From: an uncultured Planctomycetales bacterium
GTDB taxonomy: Bacteria > Omnitrophota > Gorgyraeia > Zapsychrales > Zapsychraceae
Assembly: GCA_964535935.1 (NCBI GenBank)
Contig: CAZHWM010000025.1
Span: 6,159-70,158, forward strand
Direction: 5' to 3'
Length of the DNA: 64,000 bases
Within the stretch, counting starts at the first letter, position 1; each line of letters starts with the position of its first letter. A program made the translations under genes and the position numbers. Positions 30,545 through 39,584 of the stretch are shown one piece after another. The notes beneath the pieces are model-generated. The model had not been told where the DNA came from and made no database searches. It saw only the letters and a program-made list of their open reading frames with translations.

Positions 30545-31248
30545 TCTGTCCTTCCTGTTTCCTCTTTATGGTTAAAATAATATTTTGCCATAGATTCTGC
30601 TATACAAAAGTCCTCTTCATCATCAATATCTACTGCCTCGCACTTAGGTATTTCAAACATCATAGGATTATTACCTATACGATTCTTCTTACGACTAATA
30701 ACATCCTTTGTAAATATATAAATATTCGAATTCTCTTCAAATATAGGCGGCAGATCCTGTGTCTGCTCAAGCCTGTCCGGGTTATGGTTTATAGGCCTTA
30801 AATTACCATCCCATAATCTGCTCTGAATACGTGTTACACTAAACAAAGAATCATACTTATCCGAAGACAAAAATAACTCTATTGCCCTCTCAATAGTTTC
30901 TTTTTTCAACAATGGATTTGTACAATGTGTCTGAAGATAATAATCGGCGTCAACCTCTGAGATATCATGCAAAAGAATATCATTCATAGGGACCCTATCA
31001 CCCAAAAGATGTTGAGGTCTATCTATAATACGAATGCTATCACCAAACCTATGCAATGCCTTCTCTTTAATAATGGAAGAATCCGTATCAATATACACAG
31101 AATTAATAGAAGGGCATTGTAAGAGGGTCTCGATAATCCAAAAAAATAACGGCTTACCATTAAAGTTACGATAATTTTTCCCCGACACCCTTTGACTATG
31201 ACCTTTCATAGGGACCAATGCAACAATATTAACATATGGCTTCTTCAT
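30541..31248 (-). CDS. Acylneuraminate (NeuA)-type cytidylyltransferase
   Basis: 235 aa. IVALVPMKGHSQRVSGKNYRNFNGKPLFFWIIETLL, LQTHCTNPL and VDIDDEEDF are CTP_transf_3 features. Confidence 0.84.
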   Translation of the reverse strand: MKKPYVNIVALVPMKGHSQRVSGKNYRNFNGKPLFFWIIETLLQCPSINSVYIDTDSSIIKEKALHRFGDSIRIIDRPQHLLGDRVPMNDILLHDISEVDADYYLQTHCTNPLLKKETIERAIELFLSSDKYDSLFSVTRIQSRLWDGNLRPINHNPDRLEQTQDLPPIFEENSNIYIFTKDVISRKKNRIGNNPMMFEIPKCEAVDIDDEEDFCIAESMAKYYFNHKEETGRTE

Positions 31249-32663
31249 AACTGTTCCGCCGCCCTTCTTTTTGCATAAATATATCCTAACACCATTCTCT
31301 TAATCTTAACAAGCTGTCCCCATATATGTAAACGTGTAAGCAAAGCCTTTATAAACATCTTCAAACGAACAACAATATCATACCTATATATTAACTTCTC
31401 CCAATTTTGTCTGTAATATATTAACCGTTGTTTATATTCTGCAGGATAGTTTAAAACACTAGATCTCCTCTCATTAGAAAAATCATAATAAAGTTTCTCA
31501 TTAACAAGTCCCTTCTCAAAACAATAATCTCCTAATTTAGTGCCTCTATAGGGATAAAAAATATTTACTCCACTTGAAGTAGGTCTTATCTTCCTGTTCA
31601 ATCTTATTGTATCCCATATCATATCCTCTGTCTCTCCTGGGGTGCCAATAATATTCAGGGCATTCGTCTGCAATCCATATTTATGTAAAAGAGCAAAGGC
31701 TCTTATTATCTGCTCAGTCCTCATACGCCGATTCATTATTGTATTTCTCACATAATCGTTACCAGATTCCACCCCCATAGAAACCCTATAACAACCAGCC
31801 TCCCTTAACATTGCAACAAACTCCTCATCAATAACATTAGCCCTTAAAAGGCAAAAAAATCTTATCTTAATCCTTTTTTTATATTTCTCACAAAACTCCC
31901 TACGCCATTTTTTGTTAATCCCGAATATATCATCCACAATAGCTATCTTACTTATAGGATACTTTTCAATAACCTCCTCTATCTCACGTATACTTGCCTC
32001 TGGGCTGCGATAACGCGGTCTGTTGCATGGTAACCCATACGCCTTTGCTATAGCATGATTGCTGCAATAAGTACAGAGATATGGGCATCCGCGCGAAAAG
32101 AAAAAAGGCGCATACCCTACACTATTCAAAGTATGCTCAAAAAGAGATATACTTCTATCTGGTGGAGGCAATATGTCTAAATTCGTAATAAGAGGCTTAA
32201 GTCTATTTTTTATAACCTTGCCAGATTTAGAAACATAAGCGATATTATCAATATGCTTATATGAACGCCCCTTTTCCACAGCCTCAAGAAATTCTACAAA
32301 AGACTGCTCAGATTCTCCTACAAAGACAGCATCTATTGCCTTTGTTTCTGCAACACAACCCGGATTAATAGTGGTATGAACCCCGCCACATACAATAATC
32401 TTATTCGGGAAATCTCTTTTTATTAACGCAGCAATCTCCTTAACAAAATGGAACTGTGAGGAAACACTGGTAAATCCGATTACCCTTGGATTAAACCTCC
32501 GTACAGTATCAAGAACTAATTTATATTCCTCTTTTGTTTTAACAAGCACAACATCTGCTTCATGTCCACTCCTTTTAGTTACACTTATAATATATGCTAA
32601 ACCAAAAGGAAATGTATCTTCATGAAATCCATTAATATTGGTATATATAAATAATACTCTCAT
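31245..32663 (-). CDS. B12-binding-domain radical SAM enzyme (class B)
   Basis: 472 aa. The N-terminal cobalamin-binding-like Rossmann region is MRVLFIYTN...GLAYI. The CxxxCxxC cluster motif is FFSRGCPYLCTYCS. GVESGN is also present. Confidence 0.88.
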   Translation of the reverse strand: MRVLFIYTNINGFHEDTFPFGLAYIISVTKRSGHEADVVLVKTKEEYKLVLDTVRRFNPRVIGFTSVSSQFHFVKEIAALIKRDFPNKIIVCGGVHTTINPGCVAETKAIDAVFVGESEQSFVEFLEAVEKGRSYKHIDNIAYVSKSGKVIKNRLKPLITNLDILPPPDRSISLFEHTLNSVGYAPFFFSRGCPYLCTYCSNHAIAKAYGLPCNRPRYRSPEASIREIEEVIEKYPISKIAIVDDIFGINKKWRREFCEKYKKRIKIRFFCLLRANVIDEEFVAMLREAGCYRVSMGVESGNDYVRNTIMNRRMRTEQIIRAFALLHKYGLQTNALNIIGTPGETEDMIWDTIRLNRKIRPTSSGVNIFYPYRGTKLGDYCFEKGLVNEKLYYDFSNERRSSVLNYPAEYKQRLIYYRQNWEKLIYRYDIVVRLKMFIKALLTRLHIWGQLVKIKRMVLGYIYAKRRAAEQL

Positions 32664-33301
32664 TGAGTAAATAATATAGCCCGTGTAAGAGAGGCCTCTA
32701 TACCGTTAAATTTTATTGGAAGGCATACCAATTTATACCAACCTTGCTCCACTGAAGACAAATCAAGCGTCTCTAAAACAACCACCTCGGCCCCAAGAAG
32801 TATATCATGCACCCTATCCTGACCTGTGAAGCGTTGTATGGAAAGATAATCAATACCTACAAGCCGTATACCATTATCAACAATCCACTGAGCAGCATCC
32901 TCTGTCAAGGCAACAAAATCCTCATAAAAAGAATTATCTCCATCCTTCCATAGAGAAGAATTATCCGTCTTAAACAAAAGTCGTTTTGCTCCTGAAAATA
33001 AATGTGCATTGTTTTGCAAGATCTCTGCTGAAATTTCTTTTACCTTAGGCAGATACAAAACATATACTTCCCCTATCAAAATATCAAGGTCAAGGGCTTC
33101 TACTGATTTTCCACCCTTAATATAATGAGACGGAGCATCAATATGCGTACCAGTATGAACACTTCCACTAAAAAGCGTATCATTGACTCCCTCACCTGCA
33201 TCCATATCTTTTATAGCAGAAAACCTTACAGATGGAGACTCTGGCCACACTACAAGAGACTCATCTATTCCAACAGATATATCAATAATTCTTTTAGCCA
33301 T
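32660..33301 (-). CDS. Cyclase family protein (PF04199-type; kynurenine formamidase-like fold)
   Basis: 213 aa. Exact HxGTHxDxPxH motif: HTGTHIDAPSH. Confidence 0.85.
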   Translation of the reverse strand: MAKRIIDISVGIDESLVVWPESPSVRFSAIKDMDAGEGVNDTLFSGSVHTGTHIDAPSHYIKGGKSVEALDLDILIGEVYVLYLPKVKEISAEILQNNAHLFSGAKRLLFKTDNSSLWKDGDNSFYEDFVALTEDAAQWIVDNGIRLVGIDYLSIQRFTGQDRVHDILLGAEVVVLETLDLSSVEQGWYKLVCLPIKFNGIEASLTRAILFTQ

Positions 33302-34272
33302 TACTTATCTGTTTTATGAATTATCTCAGAATACCTGATTTTCAACCTATCAGAATCAGTAGCAGATTTATGATTATTTGACTTCTCAGACGGATAGTAA
33401 AAACGATCTTTTAAGAGATTCATTTCAATATTTCCACTCCTAAATCCTCTATAAGTCCCTAGAAACTGTAAAAGTCTGAACATTATAATATCCTTAATAT
33501 TCCGGCAAAACTTTTTTTCTTTTAAGGCAGCCACTGAATCAGAATAAATATTAGATATCAGGAGTCTCACAAATTCTTTACGGCTAAAGCGTTCCTCAGG
33601 ATATATACGCTTAAGTGCCATAGCCTCACGGTAATACCGATGAAAAATCTGCGAATAACTCTCATTATGGACATGTATGACTTCTGCCTTTGACTCATAT
33701 ACAATCTTATATCCTTTCTGTGTTATATTCTTTGCCCATTCTAAATCCTCTAACCCTGTAAGCTCCTCATTATATTTTATCTCTTCCCATATTCTACGTC
33801 TTATTGCTGCATTAGCATTATTACAAAAAGGATGCTTCTGCCCATTCTGAGAGACCTCAGGAAACCATTTCATAAGCAGTCGCCGTTCAGAATAAAAAGA
33901 AGAGTCACTTCCCCGTTGTTTGCCATAAACTAACCCAACCTTTTCATCATCAAAAGGCTTAAGCAGCTGCTCTGCCCAATCCTTATAAACAGGATAAACA
34001 TGCCCACTAGCTATTATCAGAAACTGCGAAGTAGCTGTCTCACATCCTATATTAAGAGATCTGCCAAAAGAAAATTCTTCCTTACTTATTTTTAAAACCT
34101 TAACAGGAAAATGAGATACAATAGATAGGGTAGCATCTGTGGAACCAGAATCAACAACAATAATCTCTTTTGGTCTTAAAGTCTGCTCCAATATGCCACT
34201 TAACAATCTGGCAATATGTTTCTCCTCATTAAAACATCTAATAATAACAGAATATTCTTTCTGCTTTCCCAT
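33301..34272 (-). CDS. Family 2 glycosyltransferase
   Basis: 323 aa. YSVIIRCFNEEKHI, IIVVDSGSTDAT and LEDLEW. Confidence 0.85.
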   Translation of the reverse strand: MGKQKEYSVIIRCFNEEKHIARLLSGILEQTLRPKEIIVVDSGSTDATLSIVSHFPVKVLKISKEEFSFGRSLNIGCETATSQFLIIASGHVYPVYKDWAEQLLKPFDDEKVGLVYGKQRGSDSSFYSERRLLMKWFPEVSQNGQKHPFCNNANAAIRRRIWEEIKYNEELTGLEDLEWAKNITQKGYKIVYESKAEVIHVHNESYSQIFHRYYREAMALKRIYPEERFSRKEFVRLLISNIYSDSVAALKEKKFCRNIKDIIMFRLLQFLGTYRGFRSGNIEMNLLKDRFYYPSEKSNNHKSATDSDRLKIRYSEIIHKTDK

Positions 34273-34346
34273 AAAGGACAGTCATCCTTATAATTATAAC
34301 TTATTATTTACAGCTCTCAAACAACATCCACAACGATAATCTTCAT

Positions 34347-35144
34347 TTAAACTATAGCAACCGCCCTACACCATCCTGCACCTGCCTCTCTCACACGTAC
34401 AGGGAAACAACTTACTGTAAAACCATACGGTTTAGGTATAGCACCTAAATTCCCCATTCTTTCCATATGGCAAAATTCCCGTCTCCTACCTAAAAAATGA
34501 ACCGGCCATAAAAGGCTCTTATCCTTTGTCTTAAGAAACTCCTCAAACATTTTAAAACACGGAGCATCCAACCCCATAGTATCAATTCCAATCATCTTAA
34601 CTCCACAATCCAATATATATTCAACTGCCTTAGGAGTCATCCCCACATATTCAGTAACATATTCTGGCCTGCCAAGTAATTTATCCCCACCTGTATTAAT
34701 AAGAACAATATCCATTGGTTTTATCTCATAATCTATACGCTTAACTTCGTTAACTATATCCTGTTTATCTATCAAATCAGGATATCTTTTATGCGTAAAA
34801 TCAAGAACAACTCCTGGAGCATAACACCATTCGAGAGGAATCTCCTCAATACGTTTAGACGGTTTTCCCTCTGAATGGCTCCCATAATGAAATGGTGCAT
34901 CCACATGCGTCCCCATATGCACAGATGAATGAACAATCTCTAAAGAAAGCAATTCTCCATCAGGAACATCCTCAGGAGAAATAATTCGTTCCCCTTTATT
35001 AAACCTTTCCTCGCCACCTTCTTCCCCACGCATAAGCACCCAGTTAAGATGCTCCACGCCCTCTGCATGAGAGATACGATCAATAGAAGCCGCATGTGTC
35101 TCTTTTAACGTATCATCTATAGGCAAACTCAAATCAATTAACAT
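34347..35144 (-). CDS. Cyclase family protein (PF04199-type)
   Basis: Exact HxGTHxDxPxH motif: HMGTHVDAPFH. The track ORF (to 35204) starts inside repeat R3 (MKNAQINKVKLCRI...). ATG 35144 (MLIDLSLPID) has GGAAGG 8 nt upstream. Confidence 0.85.
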   Translation of the reverse strand: MLIDLSLPIDDTLKETHAASIDRISHAEGVEHLNWVLMRGEEGGEERFNKGERIISPEDVPDGELLSLEIVHSSVHMGTHVDAPFHYGSHSEGKPSKRIEEIPLEWCYAPGVVLDFTHKRYPDLIDKQDIVNEVKRIDYEIKPMDIVLINTGGDKLLGRPEYVTEYVGMTPKAVEYILDCGVKMIGIDTMGLDAPCFKMFEEFLKTKDKSLLWPVHFLGRRREFCHMERMGNLGAIPKPYGFTVSCFPVRVREAGAGWCRAVAIV

Positions 35145-35163
35145 CAAAAAATCCTTCCTATCT

Positions 35164-35231
35164 ATCCTGCACAATTTAACCTTGTTGATTTGTGCATTTT
35201 TCACAAATCAACAAGGTTAAATTGTGCAGAA
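35164..35231. repeat. Palindromic intergenic repeat, copy R3 (perfect 28-bp stem)
   Basis: atcctgcacaatttaaccttgttgatttgtgcatttttcacaaatcaacaaggttaaattgtgcagaa. The left and right arms are exact reverse complements. Confidence 0.95.
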
Positions 35232-35243
35232 CGCAAAATAGGA

Positions 35244-35480
35244 CTAATTAGCTCCCTTTTCTTTCAAAATTTTGACAATTTCATTAAAAGAATGGGTCTT
35301 TTTTAATTCATTATCTTTTAAATCAATACCCAACTCTTTCTTAAGGCCAACAGATATTTCTACCATCTCAGTAGAATCAACATCAAAAAGGACATCAAGA
35401 CCTTTATCAGGTTCAATTTCTTCTGGTTTTACATCAATAACCTTATTTAATATCTCTTTCACTTTGTCTTCAACTGCCAC
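35244..35480 (-). CDS. Acyl carrier protein
   Basis: 78 aa, acidic. FDVDSTEMVEISVGLKKELG has the DS(L/T) phosphopantetheine attachment context (Ser36). Lies adjacent to the KS pair. Confidence 0.82.
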   Translation of the reverse strand: MAVEDKVKEILNKVIDVKPEEIEPDKGLDVLFDVDSTEMVEISVGLKKELGIDLKDNELKKTHSFNEIVKILKEKGAN

Positions 35481-35526
35481 TTTTCTCCCTCCTTTACAAA
35501 ACTTTAATACTTTATCTTAAAATTTC

Positions 35527-36762
35527 TTATTCATTTTTCTGCAAAATTAAAACACAATTAATCCCTCCCCGACCTCTATTAATAACCATTGCATTCTTTA
35601 TATCTTTATATTGAGCCTTATTAGGACAATAATCAAGATCACAGTCAGGATCTGAGTCAAAATAATTAATTGTAGGAGGGACCATCCCATGTTCCATGGC
35701 CAATACTGTAGTAATTACATCAACTGCTCCAGAGGCACCAAGCATATTACCAAAAACAGACTTTGGTGCAGAAACAGGAATTTTCTTAGCCCTATGCTCG
35801 AACACATTCTTTATTGCTTTTGTCTCTGTTACATCCCATATATCCTTTGCAGCACCGTCCGAACAAATATAATCAATGTCATCTGGTGCCAATCCTGCAT
35901 CATCTAAAGCCATCCTCATTGCCCTTGCAAGTTCAAAACCATCCTCTGCTGGATTAATCCGGTCCACTCCATCAGTTGTAGTACCAAATCCAATAATATC
36001 TGCATAAACCTTAACTCCCCTCTCCTCAACTCTATCTGGCGGCTCAAGTATTAATATCCCTGCACCTTCAGCAATGGCAAAACCATCACGATTTCTATCA
36101 AACGGACGATAAGCAGTTTCAGGGGTATCATTACGTCTGGTTAACATACCTGAAGTATTACAACACAACAAAGCATATGGAGTAACAGGGGCCTCCATGC
36201 CTCCAGCCAAAATAAAATCATTTTTGTCATGAACCAAATTCTTGGCTGCATATGCTATTGCCATTAACGAACTTGCTCTGTCCGCAACAAAGGTTTTACT
36301 ATAGCCTTTTATTCCATATCGTATAGATACCTGCCCTTGCGGCGCCGCAGGGAACCACGCAGAGGCCATAAATGGACTGACCCCCTCCCTACCTTCCAAA
36401 TAAAGGTCCCTTAACTCTGTCTCTGCATATAACCATCCCCCTATAGCATTGCCCATAAATATACCAACGCGATCAAGATTTCCTTTTGATAAATCTATTC
36501 CCGCATCTTCTATAGCCAATTCTGCTGCAACTAAAGCCATATGCGAAAAAAGATCTATCTTCTTCAATAAACGAGAAGAGACATTACTATAAGCCTCAAG
36601 TTCTTGTACATGCCCTGCTATATGCGAAGGATATTTAGATGCGTCAAAACGCTCTATCTTCTGAACAGCAGATCTACCTGCCTTAATATTTGACCAAAAC
36701 TTCCGTTTATCAATCCCACTTGGGCTAATTATCCCCATACCTGTAATAGATATTCTTTTCAT
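35527..36762 (-). CDS. Ketosynthase beta / chain-length-factor-like subunit (catalytic triad replaced)
   Basis: 411 aa with a KS fold. Aligned by eye to the adjacent KS-alpha, active-site Cys becomes Arg162 (VADRASS, codon 36277-36279), the first His becomes Asp (SDGAAKD), and the second His becomes Asn (KSVFGNMLGASG). PVSAPKS..G and NRGRGGINCVLIL resemble actinorhodin-type CLF. Confidence 0.85.
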   Translation of the reverse strand: MKRISITGMGIISPSGIDKRKFWSNIKAGRSAVQKIERFDASKYPSHIAGHVQELEAYSNVSSRLLKKIDLFSHMALVAAELAIEDAGIDLSKGNLDRVGIFMGNAIGGWLYAETELRDLYLEGREGVSPFMASAWFPAAPQGQVSIRYGIKGYSKTFVADRASSLMAIAYAAKNLVHDKNDFILAGGMEAPVTPYALLCCNTSGMLTRRNDTPETAYRPFDRNRDGFAIAEGAGILILEPPDRVEERGVKVYADIIGFGTTTDGVDRINPAEDGFELARAMRMALDDAGLAPDDIDYICSDGAAKDIWDVTETKAIKNVFEHRAKKIPVSAPKSVFGNMLGASGAVDVITTVLAMEHGMVPPTINYFDSDPDCDLDYCPNKAQYKDIKNAMVINRGRGGINCVLILQKNE

Positions 36763-36837
36763 ATTCTATTTACCTTTCAAATTATACTTTCTTTTCTTTA
36801 TATCAATATCCATATTCAAATTATTGAACAGATAAAA

Positions 36838-38100
36838 TCACTCGAATCGCTTCAAAACCATTGCAGAATGTATTCCTGAAAACCCACTACTGGTCTTTAA
36901 CATATAATTTACCCTCTTCTCCCTTGCCTTATTAGGGACATAATCTAAATCACATTCCGGGTCCGGGAATTCTTGATTAATCGTAGGAGGCAAAATATTC
37001 CTCTCAAAAATAAGCGCTCCAATTGCTAATTCAATACCATTCGCACCTGCTAATGGATGTCCTATCATAGATTTTAATGAACTTATAGGGATTTTATAAG
37101 CATAATTGCCGAAGACCATTTTATAAGCATTTGTTTCAAATACATCGTTTTGCCTTGTAGAAGATCCATGCGCATTAATATAATCTATACACTCCGGATT
37201 AATACCTGCATCTTCTAAAGCGAGCCTGACACATGCCGCCTTAGCCTCTCCTGACGGAGGCAAATCAGTCATATGATAAGCATTACATGTGGTTCCAAAC
37301 CCCACTATCTCACAATAGATACGTGCACCTCTCTTTAAAGCATGTTCCAGTTCCTCAACAACTAAGAGACCTGCACCTTCAGATATTACAAATCCATTCC
37401 TTTTTGCATCAAACGGCCTAGATGCCTTTTCAGGCTCATCATTGTGCGTTGACAATACATTTACAGTATCGAATGCACCGAATGTTATAGGTGTAAGAGG
37501 TGCCTCGCTTGCCCCAGTAATCATAACGTCTACCTCACCATCCTGAATTGCTTCATACGAAAATCCTACACAATCAGTACCGGCAGTACATCCTGTAGAT
37601 ATCGTATTACAAATCCCTTTCAATCCGTACTTAGCCGCTATCTCGCTTGAAGGGGTATTAAACATGGCAGCATCATATAAATCAGGCCTAACTATTGTAG
37701 GATCAATAGGATTTTTCCCACTATCTGTAACAAGCGCAAACTCCTCTTCCATATACTTTGTCCCGCAGATAGCATTTGCAAGAGATACTCCCATCCTCTG
37801 CTTATCTACCTTGTCAAGATCAAGCATAGAATCCTGCAGTGCCATGTCTGCGGTAACCATAGCAAACTGTACATAACGGTCCATACGTATGGCATCCTCT
37901 TTAGTTAACCCATATTTTAATGGATCAAAATCCATCACCTGTGCTGCTATCTTTGTATTAAACATCGACACATCAAAATCTGTAACCCTACGTACAGCAG
38001 AAATCCCATTAATCATGGAATTCCAACACGCCTCCTTACCAATACCATTCGGCGCAATAATCCCCACACCTGTTACAACAACTCGTCGTTTTTTCTCCAT
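36838..38100 (-). CDS. Type II polyketide synthase-like ketosynthase alpha
   Basis: 420 aa. RRVVVTGVGIIAPNG, active site ISTGCTAGTDCVG, TCNAYHMTDL, DYINAHGSSTRQND, SLKSMIGHPLGANG and PDPECDLDYVP. The HGS.TRQND and PECDLDYVP motifs match KS-alpha of aromatic PKS rather than FabF (HGTSTPxGD). Confidence 0.88.
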   Translation of the reverse strand: MEKKRRVVVTGVGIIAPNGIGKEACWNSMINGISAVRRVTDFDVSMFNTKIAAQVMDFDPLKYGLTKEDAIRMDRYVQFAMVTADMALQDSMLDLDKVDKQRMGVSLANAICGTKYMEEEFALVTDSGKNPIDPTIVRPDLYDAAMFNTPSSEIAAKYGLKGICNTISTGCTAGTDCVGFSYEAIQDGEVDVMITGASEAPLTPITFGAFDTVNVLSTHNDEPEKASRPFDAKRNGFVISEGAGLLVVEELEHALKRGARIYCEIVGFGTTCNAYHMTDLPPSGEAKAACVRLALEDAGINPECIDYINAHGSSTRQNDVFETNAYKMVFGNYAYKIPISSLKSMIGHPLAGANGIELAIGALIFERNILPPTINQEFPDPECDLDYVPNKAREKRVNYMLKTSSGFSGIHSAMVLKRFE

Positions 38101-38145
38101 ATTTCCTCCCGAATCTCTTGAAATATAACAATATTATACTAACAT

Positions 38146-39159
38146 TTATCTATTAACCGATATATCTCTTTTAAATGCCTCTTTTACTTCCTCAGGAGAA
38201 AAGAACCTACCAGTCTCCTCTACATGGTGAACCATATCAACCACCTTGCTATTTAATGGTGCTTGTTCTCGTATTTGTCTTGCCAGGCAGACAACCTCGC
38301 CATTTATAAAATCTATCTCACTTACCCTGCCACGCATTATGCTCTGCAAAATAGAACCATACAACGGCTCATTGCTAAGACCTGTTAAAGTCTTATTAAT
38401 AATCCCAGCAGCCTGATCAACAGGCATATTTACAAGCCCAAATATCCTTTCCTTTGGGAAATCAGGCAAAGAAACCACCTCAATCTTTGCCTTCTTAACA
38501 ATCTCAACACCCTCTCTTAAAAGAAAAATACTTAACCTGCAAAAATCCATATCTGAAAAGGTATCCTGCATAGACTTACCGATAAGGGCAGGTAGGCAGT
38601 TGTTAAAATTAATAAACAATTTCAACCACTTCATTCCTATAATATTCTCAGAAACAACAACATCAAATCCCTTTTTAAGAATACCTGCCACCTCATGCAC
38701 CTTAGGAGATACAGGCATAAAAGCACGTCCGATAATCCATTTCCCCTCAAAATTAAAAACTACCTCAGCCGGTCTAAGACAAGTAGCCCCAAACATCACA
38801 ATACTACTCAACACACTCTCTCTTTCAAAATGCCCTCCCAGAATATTATCCGCCTGCACGCCATTCTGTGAAGAAACCACCAAAGAATTATCAAGATACT
38901 TATTATTCTGCTCATATGCCTGTTCCAAATCCTGAGTCTTTACTGTAAAAATAGCAAGATCAGGCTCATAATCAAGCTGTGGCAATATCTCCACATTAAA
39001 TGTTTCCTGGCCACGAACACCAGACACCTTAAGCCCATTTTTCTTTATTGCCTCAACCTGCTCATTACGACCTATAAGAGTTATATCAACCCCTTCTTTA
39101 CTAAGGTATGCCGCAACTACCGAACCTATAGCGCCAGCGCCAATAACTGCTATTTTCAT
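38146..39159 (-). CDS. 2-dehydropantoate 2-reductase (ApbA/PanE) family oxidoreductase
   Basis: MKIAVIGAGAIGSVVAAYLSKEGVDITLIGR is the N-terminal Rossmann region, with an ApbA_C-like C-terminus. ATG 39159 has AGGAG 11 nt upstream. The track start, GTG 39168, is too close to that SD. Confidence 0.8.
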   Translation of the reverse strand: MKIAVIGAGAIGSVVAAYLSKEGVDITLIGRNEQVEAIKKNGLKVSGVRGQETFNVEILPQLDYEPDLAIFTVKTQDLEQAYEQNNKYLDNSLVVSSQNGVQADNILGGHFERESVLSSIVMFGATCLRPAEVVFNFEGKWIIGRAFMPVSPKVHEVAGILKKGFDVVVSENIIGMKWLKLFINFNNCLPALIGKSMQDTFSDMDFCRLSIFLLREGVEIVKKAKIEVVSLPDFPKERIFGLVNMPVDQAAGIINKTLTGLSNEPLYGSILQSIMRGRVSEIDFINGEVVCLARQIREQAPLNSKVVDMVHHVEETGRFFSPEEVKEAFKRDISVNR

Positions 39160-39174
39160 AACACACACTTCTCC

Positions 39175-39450
39175 TTACTCTTCTTCATATTTTTTATGGT
39201 CAAAACCAACATCATCCATAAGCCTTATCATAAGGCTATAAAAGGCCTTTGGGACCTCTGTCAAAAAGGCACGAACAACATCACATTCCTCGACAACAAA
39301 AGAACCCCTCTCCTTCGCATTTAACACTGCCTTCTCTGGCACAATCTGTTTAGTAATCTCTCTATGAAAAATTGGTATCTTATTAAGCATTTTATTATAT
39401 TTATTCAAACAGGCCTCATCCCATTTTAATCCTTCTACCATCTCCTGCAT
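39175..39450 (-). CDS. Small hypothetical protein (possible PCP_red-like domain)
   Basis: 91 aa. The pattern W.EA....L.KIPIF.R...........A...G...V....V..A is reminiscent of the PCP-reductase/protochlorophyllide-reductase C-terminal domain family. Weak, recalled from memory only. Confidence 0.35.
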   Translation of the reverse strand: MQEMVEGLKWDEACLNKYNKMLNKIPIFHREITKQIVPEKAVLNAKERGSFVVEECDVVRAFLTEVPKAFYSLMIRLMDDVGFDHKKYEEE

Positions 39451-39502
39451 AATCCCCTCCCATTAAAATTATATATAACTTCCTATCCCATTCTATCCTG
39501 CT

Positions 39503-39571
39503 ATTCTGCACAATTTAACCTTGTTAAATAGTGAAAAATGCACAAATCAACAAGGTTAAATCGTGCAGAAT
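39503..39571. repeat. Palindromic intergenic repeat, copy R4 (opposite orientation to R2)
   Basis: attctgcacaatttaaccttgttaaatagtgaaaaatgcacaaatcaacaaggttaaatcgtgcagaat. TA at both junctions. Confidence 0.95.
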
Positions 39572-39584
39572 AGAAAATTAAAGA

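Noticed and set aside
35145-35204. Conserved N-terminal peptide M(K/Q)NAQINKVK(L/S)CRI shared by a cyclase and HldD, considered as a possible leader or targeting signal
   Set aside because: It is simply the translation of the intergenic repeat (R3, R6). Internal ATG/GTG starts with Shine-Dalgarno sequences lie just downstream, and homologs begin there.
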